Shown in pieces: positions 40,352 through 54,619 of a stretch of DNA of 64,000 nt. Each line of letters begins with the position of its first letter. The first letter of the stretch is position 1. Position numbers and translations under genes: made by a program. The notes under the pieces were generated by a model. The model saw nothing but the letters and a program-made list of their open reading frames with translations, was not told the origin of the DNA and ran no database searches. Source of the stretch: Octopus vulgaris (Eukaryota); NCBI GenBank assembly GCA_951406725.2, contig OX597822.1, forward strand, positions 41,292,001-41,356,000, written 5' to 3'.

Positions 40352-41297
40352 GTGTGCGCTTCTGTGTGCGCATACGCATATAAATATGTATGTGTGTATG
40401 GTATGTGTTTGGGTGTATGCATGTAGTCGGAGGTAGAATATATATACATATTTTTATATTACGTATAAATATGGTTAAGATCAAAGTGTAGTATCCATGT
40501 GAGTGTGCGCGCGCACGTGTGTGTGTGCGCGAGTGTGAATGTCTGTGTGAGTTTGTGTTCATATTTGAGCGATTATATACATATGTGTTTGTACTAAGGT
40601 ACATAATATACACACATCCATCAGATAAATACATCACACACACATACATACATACGCACACACACACGCACACTCACACACATATGCATGCACACAACAT
40701 AGTTCCCCTGACGATGGTTGCCAAGTTTGATTAGAACATAGAACGTCAGATTTCCGTTTGTCTTTGTTTGTTCCGACTGAATGTAGCGACATCGGGGCAC
40801 CTTGGTAATTGATGGAGAGATTACACTCGGCTTACAACATACTCCAAACATTTACTATTACGTTCAACTAACCAGGGAACCTCTATACAGTTGCCACATC
40901 TGCCAGACATAACAGCCAAATTGTCAGCAAATGAAAACAAAGCATATTGGATAATGTAGCTTTTTGAAAACAAAGCATATTGGATAATGTAGCTTTTCCT
41001 TTACACCGTGTGTGTGCCGGGGCGTGCGAGATCTCTGCTCTCAAGTTTTGCCTGATCGTATTTTGTAGCATACGAGTCGTCATAGTATTTAGTGTAAAGA
41101 TGTTATGTAAACAAGCAAACATAGTCACTATTTTTCCGAATTCTTATGCATTTCGCATGGAATTCTGGGTCCCACAAGGTCGTGATGGTGTATAAGTCAA
41201 CGCAACTTTTTGGGGCTGTAAATCTTGGTCAGAAAAAAATGTCGTCTTGTATGTCGAAAAAAATACGGTAGTTATTCCACACCTGTTTGTACATCAG

Positions 41298-41691
41298 TAG
41301 CGCTGGATTAACCATAAAATAAAATAAGCACGTTCTTAGGGCATCAGGGGAACGGGGGGCACCACACAGAAATGGTAAATGGTTTACGGCACAAAAAGAA
41401 ATCACTTTAAAGTTGATAAAATAATATTCGCAGTAGTTTATATGATCGAAAATTAATTATCGGATGTGTTACTAAGATTAATTTTGGAAACTTGATCAAC
41501 AACATTGTAATTAAAAAAAGGTGAAAACTGTGAAAGTATGCCAAAATAAACATTATTTTCAATCTTATTGTTAATTTTGTTTCATTTTGAAAAATATACT
41601 TATTTTATTGTTTATTATTGTTTATATTCTGAATTACATGAATATGGGGGAACCAAATCTTTTAAGTACTATGGGTCTTAATCCGGCCCTG
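41298..41691. mobile_element. hAT-type MITE
   Basis: Termini TAGCGCTGGATTAA / TTAATCCGGCCCTG; 8-bp TSD TACATCAG (41290-41297) and TATATCAG (41692-41699). Confidence 0.75.
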
Positions 41692-41999
41692 TATATCAGG
41701 CGTGTTTTTGTTACACCTTGTATCAGAATTTGACTCCTTTCGATTATGTATGTATGCATGTATGTTTTCCTTTGAGGCCAATTTCTCAATAGACTGCATG
41801 ACGTAGCCCTAATAATTCGTTGAGCACTTTAGTGAAAAAAATTAGACTTACAGAGTCTGTGAATTACTTATATGCTTTGTTTCCCATTGCGTGCATGCGC
41901 ATGCATGTATACATGCATACAAGCATACATAAAGGAAAATACCCAGCCACTGCTCCTATTAACAACATCACTGTGCCACAAAGCTCTAAACATATGTGG

Positions 42000-42560
42000 C
42001 TCTTAGAATCTTCACAGCCAGTATTTTCTAGCATACAAGTCGACACAACCTCACTAGCACTAAGGATCTCTCCTGCAAGAATCATGTTCTTAACGTAGCT
42101 AATACTGTTTCTCAGTTACTCAGCCTTCTGTTCAGAGCTAGAACTCATTTCAACTCCCAATAGACATTGACATTCTACAAGGCTCAAGTGATTCCCTACT
42201 CACCATTGGGAGCCTTTGTAGAGTGTCAACACATGCTGATGCATAAATACATCTAGGATGGTGCCCCTACTAACCACACAAACAAATTGGACCACATCCA
42301 GAGAAGACCCACTCGACTAATTAGTATTCAATCACTCGCAGTCCAGCTTCAGCCTCTGATCTCCAAGTAAGCTATCTCCTCTCTGTGTCTTTTTTTAACA
42401 TTTCCACAACCCTCTGTGTTTCCCGAACCTGGCTGATATCATCCCTCCCTTCACTCAAGCAACCCCAATCCACGCATCTTTCCACTTCTCGCCCACACTT
42501 GATGCATCCAACCACCACGTTACTTGGCATCTGTCGTCATGGTAGACAGTTTCGGTATTG
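42000..42560 (+). pseudogene. CR1/L2-group LINE ORF2 C-terminal remnant
   Basis: DLSCKNHVLNVANTVSQLLSLLFRARTHF...TFYKAQV and DGAPTNHTNKLDHIQRRPTRLI...LQPL..SSLCLF match the post-RT region of this LINE group. Confidence 0.68.
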
Positions 42561-42853
42561 TTTTCATGGGCTGGTTCGCTTCAATGCACAGTGGTTAGAA
42601 ACGCTTCAGATCACACTTTTACATGCACTGACTCTCGGACAACAACTGCGGAAAATGGATCAGTTGAGAGGCATCCACCTCGAAGCGGATCGCAGAAAAG
42701 TCAGGTCTGTACATGTGGACGATGTCCAGTATTTCATTGGTACTTAATTTATCGACCCCCAAAGGATGAAAGGTAAAGTCGTCTTTGGCAGAATCTGAAG
42801 CATTTCGCCCGGCGTACTAACGATTCTGCTAGTGCGCTGCCTTTATGATGATG

Positions 42854-42920
<67 letters not shown>

Positions 42921-42923
<3 letters not shown>

Positions 42924-43805
42924 GAGCACTCAGAAAGCGCAAACCTCCGCCAAAGCAACACCAACATCCTCTCAACGATTAGCCAGAGATGATTTTTAAA
43001 ATGAGAATATCTGAAGTAAACTCAACTGCTCTCACAAACGAGAATACTAAAAATGAATCTGACCGCTCTCAAAAATTAAGTAAAAAAAACAGAAGAATAA
43101 TCCAGAATCCTTGTCCGGTACCTGATCGATCCTAATGGTAGTCATGGAATGTGAAGGTCGCTGTAGAAAATTTAGTAACAGTAATAAATAGTTTATTCTT
43201 ATCTAATACAAGCCAAAGTTAACAAATTCACCATTCAAAATAGTTTTAAAGGCAGAGGTAATGATGATAAGTTCTACTCAGGAATTTTTAAATTTTGAGC
43301 ACGAAACCTTTTAGGTTTTCTCTTCTCTTAAATTCTGGCCTTCTTTTAGTATTCTTGTTGTTTTAGATCGATGTATAGATGTGTGTATATATGTAAGTAT
43401 ACTGTAAGATGCTAATATGTATGCATAATATATAATACATATATATTTTAAAAATATGTAACTGTTATTTAATTCCTGAACGGTTTTGCTGCCATTTGTT
43501 TATGTAGTTTGATTTCTTTATACATCAGTTTCTACTAGGATAGGGACGCGTGTAAAATTTATAATAGAGAATCGAAAATAAACTTTGGAAACAGCCTAAA
43601 GGGAGATAATTGAGAAAGACTTGAAAGTGAACGTAAGATCGTAATTACGTAAAGTAAAGTAATTACAACAAATAATCTATAATCCTTGCCAAACATCCCA
43701 GAAAGTTTCATTCGAATCCAACCAGCGGTTCTTGAGATATATTGTCCACGAACAAACAAACACGACAGAAAAACAATACCTCTGCCTCCGCTAAGGCGGA
43801 GGTAA
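42921..43805. mobile_element. Helentron/HINE-like non-autonomous element
   Basis: Asymmetric subterminal inverted repeat ACCTCCGCC (~42943) / GGCGGAGGT (~43795), terminal hairpin ACCTCTGCCT-ccgcta-AGGCGGAGGT, CAAA microrepeat; sits in (TAA)n. Confidence 0.5.
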
Positions 43806-43818
43806 TAATAATAATAAC

Positions 43819-43863
<45 letters not shown>

Positions 43864-43865
<2 letters not shown>

Positions 43866-44317
43866 GGTGAGCTGGTAGAATCGTTAGCACGCCGGACGAA
43901 GTGCTTAGTGGTATTGCGTCTGTCTTTACGTTCTGAGTTCAAATTCCGGCGAGGTCGACTTTGCCTTTCATCCTTTTGGGGTCGATTAAATAAGTACCAG
44001 TTACGCACTGGGATCGATGGAATCGACTTAATCCATTTGTCTGTCCTTGTTTGTCCCCTCTTTGTTTAGTCCCCTGTGGGCAATAAATAAATAAATAATA
44101 ATAATGATTTGAAATTTTGCTGCAAGCACAACCATTTTGGGGGAGTGGATGAGTTGATAACATCAACCCCAGTGTTTCACTGGTACTTAATTTATCGATC
44201 CCCAAAGGGTGAAAGGCAAAGTCGACCTCGGCGGAATTTGAACTCGGAACGTAAAGACGGACGAAATACCGCTAAGCATTTCGTCCAGCGTGCTAATGAT
44301 TTTGCCAGCTCGCCGCC

Positions 44318-44319
<2 letters not shown>
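43864..44319. mobile_element. Tail-to-tail inverted pair of family A SINEs
   Basis: + copy at 43864-~44100 and - copy at ~44110-44319, both flanked by (TAA)n. Confidence 0.88.
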
Positions 44320-44380
<61 letters not shown>

Positions 44381-45224
44381 TAATGATAATAATAATAGGC
44401 AGATAGATTTAAATCAAGACGTTTGATGAAACTTCGATGTACATCCGGTCATAGCATCGTCTGCTAGTCTGGATTATGCACCATCATCAACATCCCCACC
44501 CCACCCCTACAATGATAGTGTATACCAGCCCAATACACATAAATATACATATATATGTATGCGAGTGTGTGTGTGTGTGTGTGTGTAAACTAACTCCCAA
44601 CGTGATCTGCTCAACCTCGGTTCTATGAAGCAGGAAGATCCAAAGAAACTGCTGGCTGGATGCCAAGCATGAAAAGTAAAAGCGAAGTAGATAATAAGAG
44701 AGATAGAGAGAAATAGAGAGACTGAGGTGCCGGCGTTATGAAGTGGGGCCTGATAATCCGAATATTTTGCTCCTTAATCGATAGCAGATAAGTCAAAGGT
44801 CAGGCTGTCAAAACTATAATTTTACTGCCCTCCGTCTCCTTCGACATCGGCTGTCATCGTCTGAACGTAAATCACATCCTCTAACACTTCATTATATATT
44901 ATACCCACGCACGCACACACATATACACACACACACACACACACCCTCTCACTCACTTATATACGTGCACACGCACGCACTCTCAGACACGCACATATAT
45001 ATCTGTTTGTTTGGGGTTATATAAATATACATGTATATATATATATGTATGTGTGTGTGTGTGTGTGTGTGCGTCTGTGTGTGTATGCATATATTTGCAT
45101 ATGTGTATGTGTGTGTGTGTGTGTGTTTGTGTGCATTTATGAATATGTCTGCGTGTTTCAAATATATGCACAAATAGTTTATTCATTACTCTCATGCATA
45201 CCCACATGCTTATATATATATATT

Positions 45225-45288
<64 letters not shown>

Positions 45289-47239
45289 TTTGAGGGAATA
45301 TTATTCCTAACTTGCAGGGAAAAATTCAATTTAGAAAAACTAAATTAAATTTCACAAAATATAATATATATATATATGTAAGAATTAGAAAAGAACACCT
45401 TTTATCAGTTCAAAATGAACAATTAAATTACACCATCTAGAAAATGACATATAATAGAAATATTAAAAATAAAATAACAAAAATATACCAATGATTAAGT
45501 AAATTGCACAATAATAATAAAAACGTTAAATGCATGCATATATATACGCACATATATGTATATATGTACATACACACACACACACATACACACACATATA
45601 TGCATACACGCATATGTGGTGTGTGTGCGTGTGTTTGTATGTGTGTGTGTGTATGCGTGCGTGTGAAACTTAGTTTGCCTTAATAAGTAACTGATATATG
45701 TAGAAGCTTATGAAAATACACATGCGCTTACATACATATATACATACATATATACACACACACACACATGCAGACACATACATACACACATGCATACATA
45801 CATATATATGATAATGCGATAAAGGCACACACATACACACGTATAGCATACCCATATATTTATGGGTATGTCTGTCGTTTCGTAAATTTGTTATATAGTG
45901 ACGTAAAGAAGCCAAAATGGGTTGCATCCGAAAAATGAAAGAGGGTCGTTACATTACGCTTATACAGTGAGGGATAATTACCTTCCATAATACAAGTTTT
46001 ATGCAACTGACCTCAGGCATTACACTCTGAAGATTTAAACGCAGAACTGCACATGATACCTTTGAATATCAAGGTGAACTTAGCCATGGAGTGCTAACCT
46101 TCTTTTCATCGATCAAACGTTACTGCTGATAATACGATAAAAACAGATGAATCGAGGACTTCACCACTCCCACCTCATAGCTGGTCCCTTTCAGACACTG
46201 TTCCAAAGGTCAGGTGATCGTTTCTATTTTCAAGCAAAAGAGAGGTAAATATCCATAATGACCTGGGATAGGGCACCAATACATCACTACTAACTTCTCT
46301 TACTGAAAGAGTTGCCTTAATCGATGAAAGCAACGAATTAGCCTAGTCATTTGTACCAAGTTTGTTAATTCAAGTGAAAAACTGATTCACAACCGTTTGT
46401 TTTAATTAACGACACTGGATACTTTTTGGTTAGAATGAAATCGTTGTTAACGCCTTTGTTTATCTCAAACCACATCAACTAAGAGCTAGAAGTGGTTTCT
46501 TTCCTGTGGTACCAATATACAGCCAGATAGAATTGGCCATTTGGGCGTCTGTCGTTCACCATATCACAAGTTTTCACACCTACATCTGATACCAACCTAC
46601 ACAATCACAAGATAGAGATCTCACATAGTCGGACGCTCTGCTAGAAATATCAGTGAAATTCACAGCAAATTGCTCTATACCACCCAAGAAAAACAAATAG
46701 GAAAGATATACGCAGTAGATGATTTAGACAGGGTGGTCATAGCTGGAAAACTTCAGATGATAGGTATGCCAGTTCAGAACAAACATGACTAAACATCACC
46801 AATAAAACTAGTTTTTAGTCAGACGGACAAAAGAACTAGCGTTAAATATATGGACTATATCGGCGGTCCTCAACTATTTCTCACCTAAGGAGCCCCTTTG
46901 ATTCTTATTTTGCTCGAATGGACCCTCATAGCCATTTGATGTTTAAAAAATCCTATCATATTTATTATTATTAGATATTATTAGTGTTACTTTTATTAGT
47001 ATTTACTTTTAATCCGCATGTTTGTTACAATCACTTGGCGACACACAGCCTGCATCGTTGGACGAGTGAAGGATAAGAGATGTTACAGTATGACTGAAAG
47101 CTTGGGGAGGGGAAGTGGCAGGGACAGTAGCGAAATATCTTCATGTAATACAACACAGACATTTACATTGTTTGGGAATCGTATAAAATGATTGTTAAAA
47201 CATTTTGTGTAAGTTAGAAGTATAACCAGTTTAGGATGA

Positions 47240-47495
47240 CAAAATAATGAAGGTCCTCTCCAAGTCATACAGAACCATAGGACCGGTTTCCCGGTTTCAG
47301 TGACGTATATATTAACCTCCTGGATGGGACGCCGGTCTGTCGTAGGATTAGTCATTTTTGCCGGCTGAGTGACCTGAAGCAATGCGAAACGAAGTATTTT
47401 GCTCAAGAACACAACGCGTCACTCGGTCCAGGAATCGAAATCACAACTTTACGGTCATAAGTCCAAGACCCTAACCACTGAGCCATATGCCTCCA
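47240..47495 (-). mobile_element. Family C-related SINE
   Basis: tRNA-like head on the minus strand and CCTGGATGGGACGCCGGTC, shared with family C. Confidence 0.7.
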
Positions 47496-47874
47496 TATAA
47501 ACAGTTTAGCATTTACCTCTTGATGTCAATTCAAATCACTCGGCCACACAATCCTGAAGTTGCCACATAGGAATACAACGCGTCGCCCGGTCCAGGAATC
47601 GAACCTCCAATCTTATGATCACGAGTCCCAGACCCTAACCACTAAGCCATATACCTCCCCATAACCACTTCAATACTTATCTCACGATGTCTATCTAAAC
47701 CACACTCAGCCAAGCAGTCTTCCGAAGTTGCCCCGTAGGAACATACAATAAGAGTTTGCTGTTTCTTGTAATAATGTATTTATATGTTGTTAATAATATT
47801 GGTTGCAAACCTTTGCACAATGCCAACAGTTTTAGCAACAAAATCTTAAATAGCCTTTCTTACGCAAAGGTCAG

Positions 47875-48185
47875 TGAAGGCGCAATGGCCCAGTGGTTAG
47901 GGCAGCGGACTCGCAGTCGGAGGATCGCGGTTTCGATTCCCAGACCGGGCGTTGTGTGTGATTATTGAGCGAAAACACCTAAAGCTCCACGAGGCTCCGG
48001 CAGGGGGTGGTGGCGACCCCTGTTGTACTCTTTCGCCCCAACTTTTTCTCACTCTCCCTTCCTGTTTCTTGAGTAACGCTGCGATGGACAGGCGGGGGGG
48101 GGGGGAAACACATACGCCACAGAAACCGGGAAACCGGGCCCATGAGCCTGACTAGGCTTGAAAAGGACGCATAAATAAATAAATA
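47875..48185 (+). mobile_element. SINE family C, full length
   Basis: A box TGGCCCAGTGG, B-box-like GTTTCGATTCC, TAAA tail; probable TSD ACGCAA. Confidence 0.85.
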
Positions 48186-48669
48186 ACGCAATGGCTATAT
48201 GGACCTCGGTTGAGAACCACTAGACTATATATTCAATGATGAGCACCGTTGGTATAACACGAACATGCTGCCTCCAAGTTCACAGTCCTACACAATCTAT
48301 CGGCAAGAATATATGCAGTTGCTCTCTCAGCTTGATCAAACTGAACTGGAGAAGGAAAAACTTTGCTCTATTTAGTGCTTCAAACTATCATTTTCAACCA
48401 TTCATGTATTTAGTAATCAACGAGAAGAACCATCAATGGGTAATTATAGTGTCCATGGCTCAGTCTGTGGTTCTCTGGTTGATGGTGCTGCTGCTGGTCT
48501 AAAAATAAACACAGAACCGCCATTGACCAGTAAAACGAAGTTCAGCCTCTTTGAGGAAACACAATACCACTTGATTTCAGGCAAACCAGAAACCAAGACA
48601 CATCTATCAACTCCAGTCGATACAGTAGCTCTCTCCCTCCCCCTCTCTCTCTCTCATTCTCTCTCTCTC

Positions 48670-48748
<79 letters not shown>

Positions 48749-48842
48749 GTCTGTCTATTTATGTGTGCGCGCGTATGTGCATACATATATGTGTGTGTGT
48801 GCGTTTATGTTTGTGTGTATCGATATATATATATATACATAC

Positions 48843-48891
<49 letters not shown>

Positions 48892-48960
48892 CATACATAT
48901 ACATACACACACATATATATACAGAGATAGACAGATAGATTCATTATATATATATATATG

Positions 48961-48999
<39 letters not shown>

Positions 49000-49331
49000 C
49001 TATCTATCTGTTTATCTATCTCTATGCATATGAGGTAGGAGGGCGAGTTTTGTTGCATTTTATCAACGAAGAAGGATAAAAACACTCAATATATGATGCA
49101 GAGTATGTTATTTCATTCAGCTGAACATCTTTGATTTCATGCATTCAGAAACACTCTTTTTAAATGTTACATGTACGCGCGCGTGTGTGTGAGAGAGGGA
49201 GAGAAATAGAGAATTATCAGAACGCATTAGGATCGCATTTGCTGTGATAGTACTACTGTTCAATAGAAATGCCATTGCTATCCAAACTACTGTGTCAGCC
49301 CGCAAATAGTCTTCATATTTACTGGTGTTCT

Positions 49332-49546
49332 AAGGTGGTGAGCTGGCAGAAACGTTAGCACACTAGGCGAAATGCATAGTAGCATTTCGTCTGTCTTTAC
49401 GCTCTAAGTTCAAATTCCACCGAAGTCGAATTTGCCTTTCATCCTTTCTGGGTCGATAAATTAAGTACCAGTTGCGTACTGGGGTCGATCTAATCGACTG
49501 GCCCCCTCCCCCAAAATTTCGGGCCTTGTGGCTAGAGCGGAAAAGA
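49332..49546 (+). mobile_element. SINE family A with 17-bp TSD
   Basis: ATATTTACTGGTGTTCT at 49315-49331 and 49547-49563 brackets a full short-form copy. Confidence 0.92.
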
Positions 49547-50077
49547 ATATTTACTGGTGTTCTGTTATTACTCGTGGTTTTATAACGTTGTGTTGCAACG
49601 GTTCTGTGCTTTTTAAAATGGCTGACAATTTCGAGTAACGATGCATCAAATTTTACATAAAACTCCAGAAACTTGGTTGGTTTGTTTACGCCTCAGTGAG
49701 ATAGCGGTTCGCCAAAAAGCATCCTATCGAAAAAGTACCGGGCTTAAAAATAAATACTAAGGTTGATTCGTTCGACTATAACCCTTCAAGGCGGTGCCCC
49801 AGCATGGCCGCAGTTCAAAGACTGAAACAAGTAGATGGCCAATATTCTCATATTCGGGCACCAGCCCCCATCAAAATAATTCCCAAAGAGATGGACTCAG
49901 CGAGCCCAATGTCAATTCTTTGCCTGAAAAGCACCGCAGAAACAAGTTTTTTTCACACTGGTTTTTGAGAGACACAAACGTTACAAAGTTGGTCAAGTGT
50001 TCGATCTAGACGATGAGTATTAAGGAAGAATAATCGCCAGAAAAAAAAAAAAAACCTCCGAAAATTTGTAAACAATA

Positions 50078-50245
50078 GGCGGAGGAGTGGCTGTGTGGTA
50101 AGTAGTTTGCTTACCAGCCACATGGTTCCGGGTTTAGTCCTACAGCGTGGCACCTTGGGCAAGTGTCTTCTACTATAACCTCGGGTCGACCAAAGACTTG
50201 TGAGTGGATTTGGTAGACGGAAACTGAAATAAGCCCGTTGTATAT
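50078..50245 (+). mobile_element. SINE family B, 5' half
   Basis: Head and core match family B; ends in (TA)n. Confidence 0.85.
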
Positions 50246-50528
50246 ATATATATGAAGTTTGAAAACGCCACTATATAAGATAAATTTTAATTTTCTTAGA
50301 GATCTTATATGTTTCGGTTCTTCTTGAAAAAACGAACCTTATCTAAAATATTTTTGAAAGGTAAGTGTAATAAAAAAGTTCATATTTTTTTTTACTAGTC
50401 TCAACAGAATTTACTTGGTGGTGTTTTGTTTTGGGGAGCATAATGGCTGTCTTGTGCTTTGACTACAATCGTTGGCTGTAATCGTGAAAGTGACCGTTGA
50501 CCGTAATCGGTCACTTTCATTTAGACTA

Positions 50529-50770
50529 GGTGGAGGCACATGGCCTAGCGGTTAGAGCAGCGGACTCGCAGTCGAGGGATCGCGGGTTCGAATCTCGGAC
50601 CGGGCAATGTATGTGTTTATGAGCGGAACACCTAATCTCCACGCGGCTCCGGCAGAAGGTAATGGCGAACTTCTGCTGACTCTTTCGTCACAACTTTCTC
50701 TCATTCCTTCTGCATCTTGCAGCTCACCTGCGATGGACCGGCGTCCCGTCCAAGTGGGGAACCTACATAT
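50529..50770 (+). mobile_element. SINE family C
   Basis: A box TGGCCTAGCGG, B box GGTTCGAATC; homologous to 8262-8560. Confidence 0.85.
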
Positions 50771-51270
50771 TAGACTAAAAGGATTTATGACTAACAGGAA
50801 ACTCAACAGAGAAATGATGCACCTAGAAAGAGAAGCGGGTGATACATTTAACAGTCATGACAAGGTACTAACTACACTAGAAAGTTATCCAGCAAATATA
50901 GATGATTGGGCCCATAGCTTTCTATGGTATATTTTTACATTTTGATCTTTAAACGGAGACTCACAAACAAATGAATCCGTGGTCTGCTAGCAAATATACC
51001 CTAACAACTTGCAGACGGGTGTGTGTATGTATACTCGCCCTACATATTTTAATGGGTATGCATTTGGGCCCCTCATACAGACAACACCCAAGATTACCCA
51101 GGATGGGGTAGTAATGAAATAAAATGTATAACATATTTGGTAAACTATAAAAGAACAGTTTATAGCCGTGTGAAAACGGATAAAGCGTTGACACACACAC
51201 ACACACGTAAACACATACATTTGTATGTATCTAAATACAAATGCATACATGTACACACATACGCACAAAC

Positions 51271-51401
<131 letters not shown>

Positions 51402-51504
51402 TATATATATATACATATCCATATACATATACATATATACACGTTTCTCCGCAGATCACCATCCTCACTACAAGTTCTCGACGACCATGACGACAATAAA
51501 CACG

Positions 51505-51566
<62 letters not shown>

Positions 51567-51676
51567 GATGATGATGAGGAGGAGGAGGAGGAGGATGACG
51601 ATAATGATGAAAGGATTATAGACTTATGGTGGCAGCAAGCAATAAATATAAATATTTGCATACATACACCAACATC

Positions 51677-51727
<51 letters not shown>

Positions 51728-51926
51728 GCATACTAATGCACACACATATATTGCTTACTAAGAGTTGAAATTATTGTGGTTATTATTACGAATCACACAC
51801 AAACACACATCCAAGTATATGTGTGTGTGTGCATAAGTATATCTGTATCTATAGATATGTGTATATATGTACCTATATATATGCGAGTGTGCGCGCATGC
51901 GTATGTGTATGTCTGTATGTATTTAA

Positions 51927-52008
<82 letters not shown>

Positions 52009-52070
52009 CATTATTATTATCATATATACATATATATACAATATGTGGCTATGTGTGTGATGTGTGTGTA

Positions 52071-52132
<62 letters not shown>

Positions 52133-52274
52133 TAGATAGATAGATAGATATACACACACATACATACATATATACATACATACATATTTATATCTACATA
52201 GATGCATGTTTAAATGCAAACATATGTCCATATATAACACAGTAGAAAGACATACTATATCTACACACATAAAC

Positions 52275-52315
<41 letters not shown>

Positions 52316-54619
52316 AACCTTACACCTCTATCTAATTTCGAGTTTATTGCTTCTATAAAATGGTGTTAAGCGATTCTATAAAAAGAAGAGATTACCTCCT
52401 TATTGAAAGCACTGTATTCTTATAAATACACTGGGGTTACCTTACTCAGAAAATAGTAGGGGGCAGTATATGTGTGCCCTAGAGTAAAGAGCAATAAAAT
52501 GACATCGACACACTGGGTTTCCCTTTTCTCTTAAGTAGGGGGCATTTGAAGTGGGTTCGACAGAAGTGAGAACTAAAATGTAATAAACCCACCAGGGTTG
52601 CATTCTCCAGGAAACGGTGGAGATATATTCGGGCCACTGGCGTTCATTTCTTTTATTTTTTAATGTAATAATGAACAGTATTTTCTCCTAACTAGAATTC
52701 AATACACACCTACTGGTACACATGCATATACACATCCTTGTATATATATATCACATACACATGTAAAGCAAGATGTGGATGCAAATATAATCATGCAAGT
52801 AAAACAGCGCTTTTTTAAACCATCGTGAGTCCAATTCATTTCTGAATTTTGTTAGATTTAAATGATCCTATTTTTTGTACATGTGGTGGTTGCAAAGATT
52901 TTTGTTTATTAAAGGATGAAACATACTTATACTACTCATTCTTGAAGATTATAAGTTTAAAATGTTTTCATGTATTATACGTCTGGCGTTTGCAAAAAGG
53001 ATCTTTGTTTATTAAAGTATCGTTAGCAAACAAACTTCATATTTCTCTATTGGATATAATTGGTATGGCTTTTTATGGTTGTATGGTTTGGCTCTTGATA
53101 AGATTAACTATAAGATGTAAATCGTTTGTTTGAGTTCTTTAGCTGCCATGCGTATGCAGTGAGTGAGGTGGAAAACTTTCTTATATTATCTCTAAACTTA
53201 AAGTTTATGGAAACGCATGGCTTGGTGATTAAGGTACTGCCATCTTGATCGTAAGACAATGATTTCGGTTCCAGGATTTAGTGTTCTTGAGCAAAACGCT
53301 TCTTTTCCTGTTGCCTCAATTCACTTTGCTGGGGAAAATGGTACTCCTGCGAGGAGCCGACGACCCGTCGAGTGGGGAAGTATATAGGTTACAGAATCCG
53401 AGAAACCGGCTAAATGACTCTATATCTCTAGGGATGGATCTTCATTCTTTATGCGTGTGTGCGCGCATGTGTGTGTGTGTGTGTGGAGTGAACACTGTAT
53501 GACAAGTTTCCCACTGTTTCCCTCCACCGAATTCAAATCAGGAGAAATTTAGTGAATCCGAGACGGTTATGGAAGAAAAGAATTACCCAAGGTGCTGCGC
53601 AGTTTGATCGTACTCAGCACGACGTGAACTTCTCTACAGGACTATGCTCGCTTCGCTTTGTTTCAGAGTGACTCTTAAATATACATTAATAGTAACTAAG
53701 AACAAACATGAGCTTTGATCAACAATATGACTTTAGGACATGAGTGAAGCTCTGATCCCACTAATGCTAGCTAACCAGGCGATGCTGTGTTGGTGGTAAT
53801 GGAATATCTCAGAAAACAATTTAGCTGAAAACTGGTCAATGACCAGAAAGATTATTGAAGATACTGTTTAGCATCCGGTCATTCTTCATCTAAAAGACCA
53901 CTGATCAAAACATTTCAGCCGTGACCACCCTTGGCTTTAGGTATATCTAAAACCTCATTAGCCTAATATTCTTCAGTTTTTAGAGCGTATAGCGTATATT
54001 ATGAAAAAGAATAGACTTCCATTTCTAAACGGTCGTGTCACAACTGTTACTCTGATCATTCATCAAGTATTAATGGATTTCTTTTATCTAAGTTCAATCA
54101 TGGTCGTTCTACAAAGTTTGTTGTATTGATGTGATATTGATTTCTAGAAAGTTTGGAGAAGAGATTTTTATGATGTAGTGGATCACAATAGCTGACTGGC
54201 ACGTACTTCATCGACCCTCTGTTGCGAGATTTCTGGGCCAGTGTTCGTCCTTGCAGTAACCACATTTTTTCTCGTTAATGTCCGAGGCCTTTTCTATTCT
54301 TATTTAGGTTGCATTATTATTTCGTTTCATTATTATTGTTGTTGTTGCTGTTGCCGTTGTTTTTTGCTGTTGTTGTTGTCATCGTCCTCATTGTTGTTAT
54401 TTGTTCTGGAGAAAGTGTTAGTATCCATGGTCGATGCAAACCAACCGTGACAAGGTCAACGCTGATATTTTACTTAGACACACGATATAAGGTTTTAACT
54501 GAAGTTAAAGTATACATATATACGATCTGTGGCTGTGTGGTAAGAAGCTTGCTTCCCAACCACATAGTTATTATTTGGGACAAGGGAAGTAATTGCTCAT
54601 GTTTTGGCGGGTAGAGTAT

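Larger units (their letters stand above)
46861..48222. mobile_element. hAT MITE expanded by nested insertions
   Basis: Perfect 8-bp TSD GACTATAT (46853-46860 and 48223-48230); ends CGGCGGTCCTCAACT / GGTTGAGAACCACTA; end segments align with the MITE at 32571. Confidence 0.8.

Noticed and set aside
50529-50605. tRNA gene candidates (also 8490-8560 and 47875-47950)
   Set aside because: A and B boxes are present but the cloverleaf is imperfect, and each continues into a shared SINE body.
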